A DNA stretch of 63,817 bases, the filler included, from Atractiella rhizophila (lineage: Eukaryota): NCBI GenBank assembly GCA_021432655.1. It is 11 parts of 11 records of this genome, joined end to end, with 100 filler letters (N's around TTAATTAATTAA, not from the genome) between each part and the next. Parts side by side here need not be neighbours in the genome. Positions count along the whole stretch, not along the records: positions 28,234 to 35,153 come from MU272256.1; positions 35,254 to 42,164 come from MU272258.1; positions 42,265 to 49,154 come from MU272259.1; 8 more parts are not named here. One strand, written 5' to 3'. The number at the start of each line of letters is the position of its first letter. Positions within the stretch are counted from its first letter, which is position 1. A program made the translations under genes and the position numbers. A model generated the notes under the pieces. That model searched no databases, was not told where the DNA came from, and was given only the letters and a program-made list of their open reading frames with translations. Below are positions 32,464 to 44,201 of the stretch, one piece after another.

Positions 32464-34265
32464 CTGTAATCGTTGCGTTACCTGCGAAGTCTCATGCTAC
32501 TACTGTCCCAATTGCCTCTTTGAGGTTCCCAACGCCAGCGTCCGAGGGGACAAGAACCGGTTCGCCCTAATCCCGGACCGTTCAAATGAAACCTAGCTGA
32601 CTATTCTCTGTAGATGTGCGCGGAATTGCTTTCAGTGTCCTCAATGCTTGAACACTCTCAGCGTCGTGGCCAGCGACCCTGTACACGAAGCCAGGCCCGG
32701 AGGTGTTGATTTGGCGTATCTAATGTCTCCTGCAAGCTCAGTTGGAGAGTCTCCTTACTACCTCTCTTGCAATCACTGTCGATGGAACTCGAAAGAAGTT
32801 GGTATCAGCTTTGAAAAGGCCACTGGCTTATCAGGTTCATTCTATCGTCAAAATTCACTATCTCTCTTACGTTTGTTGGATAGTTCAGCTACAAAAGTCT
32901 GAGGCGAACGCGCCCGATTTACTCGAGTTCGACCGCCTCAAAGACCACTTCGACGCCTACATTCGGTCCTCACTTTCCTCTCTGCAGGCAAGCGGACACA
33001 CAAGCAATCTCACTCCGTCTACCTCCTCGAACCCTGTTGTCAGTGCAGCATCAGCGGCTTATCACAACAGCATCTTGAAAGACTCTCGATACGGGAGTTT
33101 GTTAGGTGCGGCGAGGAGGATCGGAGGAGGCACCAAGGATGAACGGAAGGAGGAAGTTGAGGGATATAAAAAGATGTTTGAGCGGGAAGGAGATGAGGAG
33201 AGCGAAAAGGTGAAGTGGATCAGGGACGTAAAGGACGTGGACCTCGTCTCGAGACTACAAGGAAGATGGGGGGAGACTTGGGACCAACCTTTGCGCACTT
33301 CGTGTGTTGGTCCCCTCACTCCGAACTGACGGACTGATAAACAGCACAGAAATCTCCGTCCACAACGCATTCCACTCCTCTCAAAACGAATGAAACGCTG
33401 TCCAGCCTGCACACACATCCTCATCAAACCCGACCAAAAAGCCCAGTCTGTCAAATATCGCATTAAGCTTGTCGCATCCAACTATCTTCCCTCCATCTCC
33501 ATTAGCCGTCGTGCTCTCCCAATAATCGGCTCACGACTGTCCTCCGCCTCTGCCGCCTCTACTATCCGCCGCTCGCAACGATCAGCCGTATCTCGAGCGG
33601 CAGGAGAGGGAGAAGGAGAAGAGCCCCTACGTCCACAGCGAAGTTATACCTTTGAACTAGCGTTCACGAATCCGCTATACGAGCCAATCAGCGTGCGATT
33701 GGCAATCGCCAAACCAAAAGAGGGGGAGTTTGCTGCGCTGTCCCTTCCTTGTCCAAGTTTTGGGATTGAGGCGTATGCGGAAGTGTGGGAGTATGAAGAC
33801 GAGACTGTGACACTCGGAGGTGGTGAGATGGAGGAAGAAGGAAAAAAGAAGAAAAGAGGGTTGATCGAGAAGAAAGGAAATCGAACGACTGTCGCTCTCG
33901 AGGTAACGCCTGGAAAGGAAGCATTGGGAGTTCTGAATGTATGTCTCTTGATCATCCTGTTATTTGAGGAGGCTGAGAATCCGGTTTAGATGAACATGTT
34001 GGTTACATACGTCTACCAAGCAGACGACTCTCCTTCCGATGCAGACGACCCACCGTCAGCTCGCGCATCGAAGGACTTTAGCGTGTCTAAGGGGAAAGAG
34101 GACGATGACACAAAGTCTTTTGCATTCTGGACCATGGTCACGCTTGGCGTGGTCCAGCCACGTAATGAAGAGCGGATGCGCCGACCTCAAAGTGCTCTCT
34201 TCAACCCGAAAGAAGCTGTCCCTCAGACTCCAGTCACCCCAGCTCTCCAGACTGTCCAGGAATGA
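32464..34265 (+). CDS. DCTN4: Dynactin p62 subunit (DCTN4 family); first exon lies mirrored at 29469-29626
   Basis: CYYCPNCLFEVPNASVRGDKNR|CARNCFQCPQC, YYLSCNHCRWNS, LEFDRLKDHF, PQRIPLLSKRMKRCPACTHILIKPD, FTNPLYEPI; several short introns. Confidence 0.92.
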
Positions 34266-34759
34266 TGACGAGGGGAAGAAAGTTAGCCGTGCTCTCAGCT
34301 CATGCTTTGATTATATACATAAGTCACTGATCAGGTTTTAATGTATGAGATGTCCTACCCCTAAACATTAAATAAACTTGCTCAACACAACTTAATTGAG
34401 CTTATTGGAAAGGACAGAACTATGAGGTCCCCAATCACCTGACAATGTCTCGGAAATACGCAACTTGAAGCAAGTCGAAGCACATCACACCTCCCCAACT
34501 TACAATAAACCACAACACCACGACCTTCTTCTTCCTCCAACTCCTTCCCTCAGAAGCAAGCAATGCGTCTCAGAAAGCTCTCTACGTGCTGCGTGAGTGC
34601 CAACGTATATTCTGACGATGAAGCAGAGGATTTGGTTGTGAACGACCCCTTGGATGTAGCAACGACAGAGGTGTGCTCTCCTGTTGTCCGCTTCCTTGTC
34701 AGGACCCCAAGCTAATGTAGTAGTCAATGCAGAAACGAAAAGATACGGTAAAAACAAGA

Positions 34760-35153
34760 AATTGGATGTCTTTATTGCCTGACGAGCTGTCGTTGAGCGA
34801 CTTATTTATACCTGGAACACATGTGCAACCTCCTCTCCTGCTTCTCATCTCTGCTTAAAGCTCTGCAAATGATACTCATTTGGCTTGTGATAGGAATCCT
34901 GCGCGCTCTTTGGTTACCCTATCTCTCAATGCCAGCAAGACCGTTCGTACCTCTGCTCCCAATATGTGCGAATTCTTAAGTTTTCTTGTATAGGCTCTCT
35001 GCGTCAACAACTTCTTGATGGCATACGATTCTATGACGTTCGCCTCGCGAATAAGAAAGGTCAATTGTTGGCGTATCACGGCCTTCAACCACAGGAGATT
35101 GGATTTGAAGCGATATTGCTACAATGTTACGAGTTCTTGAAGAAGCACGATGG
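34760..35153 (+). CDS. Phosphatidylinositol-specific phospholipase C X-domain protein; recognised part only, true start upstream, 3' truncated
   Basis: NWMSLLPDELSLSDLFIPGTH|ESCALFGYPISQCQ|SLRQQLLDGIRFYDVRL...LLAYHG; both conserved His motifs present. Confidence 0.85.
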
Positions 35154-35253
35154 NNNNNNNNNNNNNNNNNNNNNNNNNNNNNNNNNNNNNNNNNNNNTTA
35201 ATTAATTAANNNNNNNNNNNNNNNNNNNNNNNNNNNNNNNNNNNNNNNNNNNN
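35154..35253. other. Artificial scaffold linker
   Basis: N44-TTAATTAATTAA-N44. Confidence 0.98.
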
Positions 35254-38133
35254 CGGAAGGCTCGAAGAAGCGAGAGCGGGAGAGGGAGCACGATGTCTTC
35301 TTCTCCTTCGACCAAACGTCCTCGGAAGCTTTTGACGACCTCGAGACCGTATCTGTTGCAAAAGAGCTCTCACAATCCAATCTACCTCACCTCCCACCTC
35401 CTTACGACGAAAGGAGACAGCCGCTCGTCTGTGCGCACGATTGGAGGCTGCGTTCGACATCTCAGAGTGAGTGGGGTAGTGCGCGCGGACGGCATTTAGG
35501 TATTGGAAGTCGCGTGGACAGTGTCGAGGGCGCAGGTGTGATCGGGAAGGGGAAAGAAGGGTTGGATGTTGGGAAGGGGTGGAGTCGGAAGGTACAGCCT
35601 GCGAATGAACGAGTGTGCGTCGGGGAGAGGTATTACGAGTCGATTGTCGCGTTTAGGAACAAGTACGATCGATTGATTGACCTCACGGAGAAGGCGGAGG
35701 AGGAGGCGGTGAGGAATAGGACGAGCGCGAGGGAGGGTGAGAGGATGAGGTTCGTTGCCAGGTGGAGGGTGGAGAGGGATAGGGGGAGGGAGGTGTTGGA
35801 TTTGAGGAGTGAGGAGTTGGTGGATGAGGGGAACATGGTGGATGAGGATGTGAGGAGGAGAGGGAGGGAGGGGAAGAAGCTGAGGAAGAAAGGGAGGAGG
35901 TGGAGGGTCGGAGACGGGGTTTTTGTAGAGCGGTATCCAGCATCTCAAGCTTCTGGAGGAAAGATGGTGCAAGACAAGAGGTTAGGGAGCGTGACGGAGT
36001 GTTCGCCAGATGGGACGCAGGTGTCCGTCGCTTTTGCGCGGCGGTTCGACATTGAAGGGAGGGGTGTCATGTGCGTCTTCTCATCCTATCTCTCTCTTGG
36101 TCTGGCGTGCATCGTTGAAGGGAAGTTTTGCAGGATATCACGAGGGTACGACGTGACGGTATACAAAAGAGAACGGGAAGCTCTCGACTCTCTCGAATTC
36201 GACGTCGCGAATCAGCGGCGACTGAACGAATATTACGTCTCCACTCACCAAACGACCAACCAGTTCGCATCCGCACCATGGCTCACAAAGACCCGACTGA
36301 ACCAAGTCTCCCTCCGCGGAACCGAGCTGCGAGACCTCCTCCTCCCTCCTCCACCGTCAGCGACGGGCGAAGAAGTGGTGGAAGAAGTCCAGGATGACAA
36401 CACCTTCTCCTCTCTCCTGAGCGAAAACCAAATGCTCCATTCCTGGATCACACGGTACTCGAGACCCGGTCCTCCCTTGACGGTGGAAGGGGATCCAGAC
36501 CTAGGTCTTAACGAATCCCAAACGCGAGCCATTGCCGTCTCCCTATCCAGGAGATTGTCTCTCATCCAAGGGCCGCCGGGGACGGGAAAGACGTTGACGA
36601 TCGTTCGCGCGCTCAAACTCCTCAAGGTCCACTTCCAAGTCCCCTTCCCCATCCTCGTCTGCGCACCCACCCACGTCGCCGTCGACCATCTCCTCCAATC
36701 CTGCGTCAACGAAGGCTTGGTCCCTTTGAGGGTCGGACGGCCCGATAAGATCGGAGAGGGAGCCCAGCCGTGGAGTGCGGAGACGAAGAGGACGGAACAT
36801 AGGCTTTTCGGAGTGATTGAGAATCTGAAGAGGAAGGCGGAGAGGGAGGGGAGGGAGTTGGAGAATGTGAGGAGGAGGCGGTTGGAGATGGAGGCTGAGG
36901 GTGTCGTCAGTGGAGGAAAGAGCGCGGCGGAACGTGAGCCTCTTCTCCCTTTTTCTTCATGGATCGATGAATGAGAAATTGTTGGATTGGGAACAGGGTT
37001 GATCGAGACGTCCCTACGCGAGACCTCGAAGAAGATCTTCAATCTATCGCAGACGATGCACGGCGAGATCCTGAGCAAGATCGACGTCGTCTGTTCAACC
37101 ACTTGGGGCACTTCTGCCCTCGAACTCCACACCGTCGACTTCCCTCTAGTATTCATCGACGAAGCGGCCATGTGCACGGAACCTATGACACTCATCCCCC
37201 TCATGAAGGGGAGCAGGCAGGCGGTTCTCATTGGAGATCATATGCAGCTGCCAGCCATTACCGTCGTTCGTACCCTCATCTCTTTCTCCAAGCTTTCTAA
37301 GTGGTTGCGTGTAGAGTCGGGATGCACGAAAGGATAACTTGAACATGTCAATGTTTGAACGTCTAGAAAGGACGGCTCATATACCCACTTCGCTCCTCGA
37401 CATCCAATATCGGATGCTACCCTCCATCTCCGCCTTCCCAAACCACTCCTCCTACTCTTCACAAATCAGAGACGACCGTTCCCTTCTCAAAGTCTATCCT
37501 CCCAAATCATCCTACCTCCCTTCTCCTCCCTCCCCAAAACGGCCAATCCGCCGTATTCATCAACCACGCATACCCGGAAACGGCAGAGGGCTGGAGTTAT
37601 TCGAATGAGCGCGAGGGCGGACATCAGCGCTCTCATCTTGGGCGATTTGCTGATGAAGAACCCGGAGCTGAAAGGTGCGGATATGGGAATCATCACTCCG
37701 TACGCTGCACAGACGACTCTCATCTGGGGAGAAAATTGAGGGATCCATTCTCTCTCCCAGCTCCTCTTTAAAGGGGACGTCCCATCCGATCGCATACAGT
37801 CTCTCGCTGACGTCGAAGTCAATACGGTCGATGGATTCCAAGGGAGGGAAAAGGAGGTCATTGTTCTGTCGACCGTTTAGGAGCAATAAAGGCGGACACG
37901 TTGGATTTCTGGAGGATAAACGTCGATTGAATGTGTCCTTGACGAGGGCAAAAAGGGCACTTTTTGTCCTTGGGAATCAGTTGACGCTCAAATTGAGGCA
38001 GAATACCGAGTTCTGGCTTTACATGAGGGACTTTGGGGATGTTCAAACCTGGAGAGGTAGTCGGGTTTGGGAGGAGTACCTAGCCTGGATGGAGAAGAGG
38101 GGACTGTTGCTGGATTGGAAGGAGTCGAATTAA
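35254..38133 (+). CDS. Superfamily-1 Upf1/Dna2/Nam7-like helicase; 5' truncated, local frameshifts probably sequencing errors
   Basis: LNESQTRAI, IQGPPGTGKT, LVCAPTHVAVD, FIDEAAM, IGDHMQLP, LDIQYRM, GIITPYAAQ, VNTVDGFQGREKE, GFLEDKRRLNVSLTRAK. Confidence 0.92.
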
Positions 38134-38505
38134 TTTATCGTGTCGTTATTTCTCTGTGCTTCAAACTACCGTCGCTTGATCACCTACATTGCTACAGACG
38201 TCTTATAACGATTTACACCACTCGGAATTGTTCGTTTTTCATGTCATTGTTTATTGCTCTTTTTTGCCGTTCGCGTAGATACTAATCATGTTCAAAAGTA
38301 CCATGCATACTCCATTGCAAAATAATACTACACTTCTTTCAAAAGAAAACTCATTGAGCTTCAGACTTTGTTGAAACTGATTCGTGTTCGTGTTCGTAAG
38401 CTAAGCATGATGGCGCAACGATAAAAATGAAGAAAAACCGACTAAGGGTAGCCTAAACAAAAGATTCAAGAAGTAAGGTTGCAAAGTTGGGGGGAACAGA
38501 GTTTA

Positions 38506-40326
38506 TTAACAAGCGGTGATCTCCCGATCTCTGTCCCAGAACTCGTTCCTCAACCTCTGGATCCTACCGCTCACTGTCAATGTCTTGAGGTATTGAATGA
38601 GCGTCCAAGCATCCTGAAAGTTGGATGACATTCCAAAGCTTGCTCGGCAGAGTCCAGCCGCTCTCTCGCCGCATGAGGCAAATGCAGTCTTCTTGGTATC
38701 GCCAGGTTTGATGTTAGCCATCAAGAATTCCGTGCCCATCAACACTGCCGATCCTCCTGCACAAACACAAGAAAATCAGTATGCAAAGGAGGTGGTGAGA
38801 AGCATGAGGAAAACATACCTGGATTGCACATACATCCGGCGCGGATGCAGATTCCTTGCTTTCCTGCTCCGAATTCCACAACATCGGAAGAAACGAAATT
38901 GCCTTCATCGTCGAGGATTTCGAAGGCGATCAATGCGCCATACCTCTCCTTCAGCTCCTCGAGCTTGATTCCTATTTTCGGGCTCCTTACAGCGACGAGC
39001 TCTTCTCCGTTGTTATGCTTCAACTCTTGCATCTGCGCTACCGTCCAAAGTACCAAGGTAGGAAGCCTTCTCCCCATCTCCGGCATAACGCTCGCCAATA
39101 TATCGAGACCTTTGGGAATGGGAAGCATGGAAAGAAAATCCGTAGTGCCATCCATGAACCTCTCCGCACCTTTTTCGAGAGTAACAACGTTTCCAGGGAC
39201 TTGGACCATGGACACGCTGCCACCAGAAAACCAAGGCTTCTTCAAGCCTTCGAGAACGGAGCAACGGATGACCAGAGCTCCTACACCGGTCGGAAAGCCG
39301 AAAAGTTTGTAGACGGAAAGAGAGAGGGCGTCGATACCTTTCACAGAGCGCAGCGAGAGGCGTGAGGTTGGAAGCAGCGCCGCAGCGTCTAGGAAGGTGT
39401 TGTATCCCGCAGAAGAAGCTGCAGCGAGCAAGGAAAGCGGGGCTTTCAGACCCGTGACGTTCGATTGACCCGTGAGGACGAACAAACCGTGAGACGTTGT
39501 CGTTGGTGAGAAAGATGAGAGCGCCGCGGATACGGATGGAGGAGATAGACCCTGGCCGTTGTTCTTGAAGGAGAGGTAATCAACTTTGGCTCCAGATTTC
39601 TCTGCGAAAGCTCGCATCCCGTTCACACTGTCTAGGAGGGTGAAAAAGTGTCAGACCTCTCCAAGCTAGGCTAGATAGAGAGTACGAACTGTGGCTGTCG
39701 ACACCAAGAAGAAGTCTTCCCCCTTCTCCATAATCAAATCCCTCTCCGATGATCCTCATCGCTCCACTGGCGTTCTGTGTCCAGACAACGTCGTATTCTT
39801 GCTTGTCCGCGTCCAAAAAGTCCAGTAGAGCATCCTTCGCAGTCTTTGTCGCAGCAGAAGCAGCCATGCTCGCAGGATTGGTAGAATGCGGGTTGCCGAA
39901 AACCCCATCCTGCAACTGGGAGGTGTAGAAACTGATCAAGGAAGCTGGATAGAGAGCAGAACCGGTGTAATCGACGTAGGTCGAGTTCTGAGCATCCAAG
40001 CGGGAGAAGTCCGAAAGCCTCAGAGCATCGAGAATTTGAGATTGATAAGAAGGATAAGAAGCAGCGAAAATTTCGAAATCTTGAGTTGATGGATGAGGCG
40101 CATTCAAAGACGCTTTCTTCTCGTCCAAAGCGGCGTCGTCTTCATGTTCCTGAGAAGCGAAAGAGCTGGAGTGGTCTCCCGCGTGTTTATCGACACTGAT
40201 AGCAGCGTCGCTCCCCTTTGACCTCCCATGCCCCAATTTTTTTATGACCTTCAGAAATCCAAAGCACCCACTACTTTTTAAGCCCGAATGAACGGATGGA
40301 GACAGGTCCTTTGTTGTTGTTGCCAT
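38506..40326 (-). CDS. PLP-dependent class V aminotransferase, molybdenum-cofactor-sulfurase-like, without a MOSC domain; three exons
   Basis: YVDYTGSALYP, FGNPHS, FLDAAAL, LSVYKLFGFPTGVGAL (PLP Lys), IRAGCMCNPG, CRASFGMSSNFQD. Confidence 0.88.
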
Positions 40327-40786
40327 GCTTTGTATTATATGACTTTATCGATGGTGAAATCCAGGATGGTTGTGGCGTGCTTTATTTTTGTAGTAAGCAG
40401 GGCCCGCGGTAGGGCCCGCATAAAGAGCCAATATTCCGCTCTTTTGGGTCTCGGGAACCAATAAGTCTGCGATAGGCGTTGCTGCGGTTCACATTACAGG
40501 AAACATTCAAACTTCTCTTCTGCTAACTCAAATCAAAGAAATCTTTGACCCCTTCAGCGGTGGACATACGTTTCAGGCGATAAGGAGGATTCAAGCATAC
40601 ATGCTGAAGGAAAGGACGAGATAAAGGGATATTGTCTATTCCATCATTGCACACGAACATAAATCACTACCACCAGAACACTGGTCGCCAAATCTATCCC
40701 TATTCATACACAGGTACGAAATAAAGCTCGAACGAGACGATTGGTATGAACTCCTATCATTAGTCAAAGGGCCATCACTTGTGTAT

Positions 40787-42164
40787 TTATTGGAATGAGT
40801 CGATCAATAGTCCGACTGTCACGAGAGCAATCGTCGTTGGTGGCCTAAAAGATGGTAGTGAATGTCTGAGCAGAGAACGAAGGCAGCACTTACGTTATGA
40901 ACGCGTATGAGATGAAGAGAGTCTTCGATATCATGCGCTCGAAAACGTCGCCTGAAGCGGCGGAGGTGATTTGTGCTGTCCGCCCGACATTCAGTATTAT
41001 TTTTCCAGATTAAAAAAGGGCACGAACCGAGCGTAATTGCAGGTGGAGAGCCGATAATGAGGGCAGCGGTAACGACGAATACGGGATCGTCATTCATGCC
41101 ACCAGTCTTGATGCAATACCAAGCAAGAAGTGGTAGGAGAAGAGCTGGTACCAGGACCATCCTGACAAGAATGGCGACAAAGATGGTCCTCCACTCCTGC
41201 ATTTCCACCCGCTTCTCCTCCTTCCTTTCACGTGTGCTGGCAGTCGTCATACTCCTGTTCTGCCCAAACTGTCTCGGTAACGCGAACGAAAGCTTCGGAC
41301 GGTTGTTGATTGATAATCGTTTCGTAAACGTCGGTCTTCGAATAGGTGCGGGTTGCAAAGGGGGTAACGCAGTTGCTGTTGTGCTGGGAATGTTGGACGC
41401 GCTAGTGGCCAGCTCTTTAGGTGGAGGGCGATAGAAATATGCACCCAGAGTGACCAAGGTCACTGGCACTGAACAATTCCCAGCTGAACGGAGAGCACTA
41501 TTCGTCACATCAGATTTGCGCTAAAGACAGAGGAGGACTCACTCTTTAACAGGTGGGAAATGGTCGATAAGGAAATGCTGAAATGGTGGAATGCACGCGA
41601 CAACAATACTTGCGAGCGCAGCCCACTGTGTTTCTGACGTTAGACCGAGACTCAGAAGGAAGCGGAAGACTACACACCAATGGGACAGTCATGAAACCAA
41701 CAAAACCCTTCCACACCTTCGCCAAAGGATGTCCAACCCAGGTGAATAGCCACATCCTGAATCCCTTCCACCTCTCTGCGAACTGCTCCTTCCTGATCTC
41801 CCACTTCGTCTTTCTCCTTCCATCCATACTAGCCCGACTTCCATAATCATTGAACGGATTATCGGGCGCCAGCCTTCTCCTCGACCTTGGCACACCCCAC
41901 ACTTCGTCAATATCCTCATCCTCCTCTACACTTCTATCATCCTCGCTATCCGTTTCCTCATTATTCGACAAGTCCGGTTCGGTCTCGTAAATAGACGAGG
42001 CATTCGAGGCTGCAGGCGTCATTCCGTTTGCAGGGGTGTTGGGGAAAGAATAGAATAGGCCAGGGGGACCTTCAGCTCGAAGATTGGGACGGCTCTTCTT
42101 CTTTTTCCCTCTTCTAAGGGACTCCACACTTCTCTCTCCTCTCAATTTCTTCCCCGTCGGACTC
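40787..42164 (-). CDS. Auxin efflux carrier (Mem_trans/PILS-like) membrane transporter; 5' truncated
   Basis: FMTVPL|WAALASIVVACIPPFQ, AGNCSVPVTLVTLGAYFY, AILVRMVLVP, DDPVFVV...IGSPPAITL|AQIT; stop at 40787-40789. Confidence 0.88.
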
Positions 42165-42264
42165 NNNNNNNNNNNNNNNNNNNNNNNNNNNNNNNNNNNN
42201 NNNNNNNNTTAATTAATTAANNNNNNNNNNNNNNNNNNNNNNNNNNNNNNNNNNNNNNNNNNNN
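42165..42264. other. Artificial scaffold linker
   Basis: N44-TTAATTAATTAA-N44. Confidence 0.98.
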
Positions 42265-44036
42265 TGTCATTGATTATCGTCGCAGAATCAAAAGGTACTC
42301 TCTTTCTGCTCTGGTCAACTTTATCGAATCAGCGACACCTGAAATCCTCGGTCCTTTCCTTGGAGGTCTTCTACAGCACCTCGTCAACGCCTTCAACACT
42401 GGCGACGAATACCTGCAGGAGGCAGCTCTGAATGTCATCAGCTCTATGGCCGAAGTTGCAGGTCCAGCCTTCAGGGACTTCTACCCTGCTCTTGCACCTT
42501 TATTATTCGCCGTGGTAGAAGACAAACATCAAAATTTGCATATGAAAGCGAAGGCTCTTCAGACGGCTACCTGTATCGGTCTGTGTTTTGACTCTGTGTT
42601 GGTTTGAAACTGAATATGGAAGCAGCTGCGTGCTGTGACATTAGCACAGCTCATCAAAGCTCAGTGGAGCAGATGGGCCATTCCCTGTTAGACCTTCTGC
42701 GTAAGCTTCTCGGCCCTGCTTCCTGTTCTTGTATCTGAATTGGGATACAGAAAATCTTCACCATACCGAAGAGGAAACGGAGACTCTCCGAATCGTCCTC
42801 ACTTCCTTCGGACAACTGGCACAGGCGCTCGGTGCTCATAATTTCAAACCATATCTACCCCAGCTCCTTCCTATTCTTCTAGAGAACGCTGCTGTTCGAC
42901 CAGACGTCTCCTTAACAGCCAAAGACGAGGCGGATGAAACGGAAGAAGAAGAGGGATGGATTTACCTCGATGTTCAAGGACAACAGGTATGCCATCTCTT
43001 GTTTAGGAGGCTCCTAAGACATCTGCGTAGGTTGGAGTGCAAACCACACATCTCGAAGCAAAAAGCCATGCATTAGACACGTTGAAAACTATCGGCGCTG
43101 TAGTGGGCAATGGGATGCAGCCGTGGTTGGATCAGTTGGTCGACATCTGTGTTCCGTTGTTGAAGTTTTATTGTATGTCCTGTTTCGCTGACAATGGGAC
43201 CTCACTCATTCTGCATTTTCTTAGTCGATGAAGGGATCCGCCTGGCCGCCATACAAATGATTCCAATCCTCGTAGCCGGTGAGCATACGGCTGAACCTCC
43301 TTTGCCAGAATTTGACACAGTCTTCAGGCTATAAAGACGAAAATTCAGAGGTCGATAACTTTCAAGTAAATTACATCAACCGTCTATTCAAAGGTCTGGC
43401 CGATTTGATTCAAATCGAAAACGACCCTGCGATCCTCGTGGAGTTGCTCCAAGCTTGGTTGGCGTCGTTTCTGGCATTCCCCCACGCCATCTCCACCTCC
43501 CAAGTCGAACTTATGTCGAAAGCGCTGAAAGTTCAACTGAAGGAGGTGATCATTCGAGCGGATCTCGAGCGGGTTGAGCTGCAAGCAGAAGGCTGCCCCA
43601 AATCAGCAGAAGATGGCCAACCTAGCGAATTCATGGTTGCTTATGAGCTCAATCGATGTTTGCGAGAGCTGTTGCGTTATCAACCCGATGGGTTTAAGCT
43701 AGACGAATTCCTGACGAACCTCACTCTGGCAACTCGAGAGGAGCCTTATCTCAGGCTCTTCGCCCTCCGACTGATGTGCGATCTCATCGAATTTACCGGC
43801 CCAGCATGTTTCTCTGCAATTTCTGAATATCTACCTCTTCTTCTGGCTGGCATACAAGATCCTGGTGCGTTAGTTTAGATTTTACACGCATTACTGATAG
43901 TGAAGTTTAAAGAACCTTTCACAAGAAGGGTATGCTCGTACGGCATTGGAATGATGGCTGCATTTGGAGGTGATCCCTTTCGTCCAGTCGCTGAGAGTAG
44001 GTGTGTCCGTTGTGTAGGCCAAATGCTAACAATGTC
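42265..44036 (+). CDS. Importin-beta family HEAT-repeat karyopherin (importin-5/Pse1-like, divergent); 5' truncated, last exons mirrored at ~46114-46456
   Basis: ALVNFIESATPEILGPFL, FRDFYPALAPLL, FKPYLPQLLPILL, EEGWIYLDVQGQQ|VGVQTTHLEAK, PLLKFY|FDEGIR, CSYGIG. Confidence 0.85.
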
Positions 44037-44201
44037 NNNNNNNNNNNNNNNNNNNNNNNNNNNNNNNNNNNNNNNNNNNNNNNNNNNNNNNNNNNNNNNN
44101 NNNNNNNNNNNNNNNNNNNNNNNNNNNNNNNNNNNNNNNNNNNNNNNNNNNNNNNNNNNNNNNNNNNNNNNNNNNNNNNNNNNNNNNNNNNNNNNNNNNN
44201 N

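Noticed and set aside
36245..37231. 328-aa antisense ORF, and similar antisense ORFs over PET127, the PLP enzyme and striatin
   Set aside because: Shadow frames of GC-rich coding sequence with no recognisable motifs.
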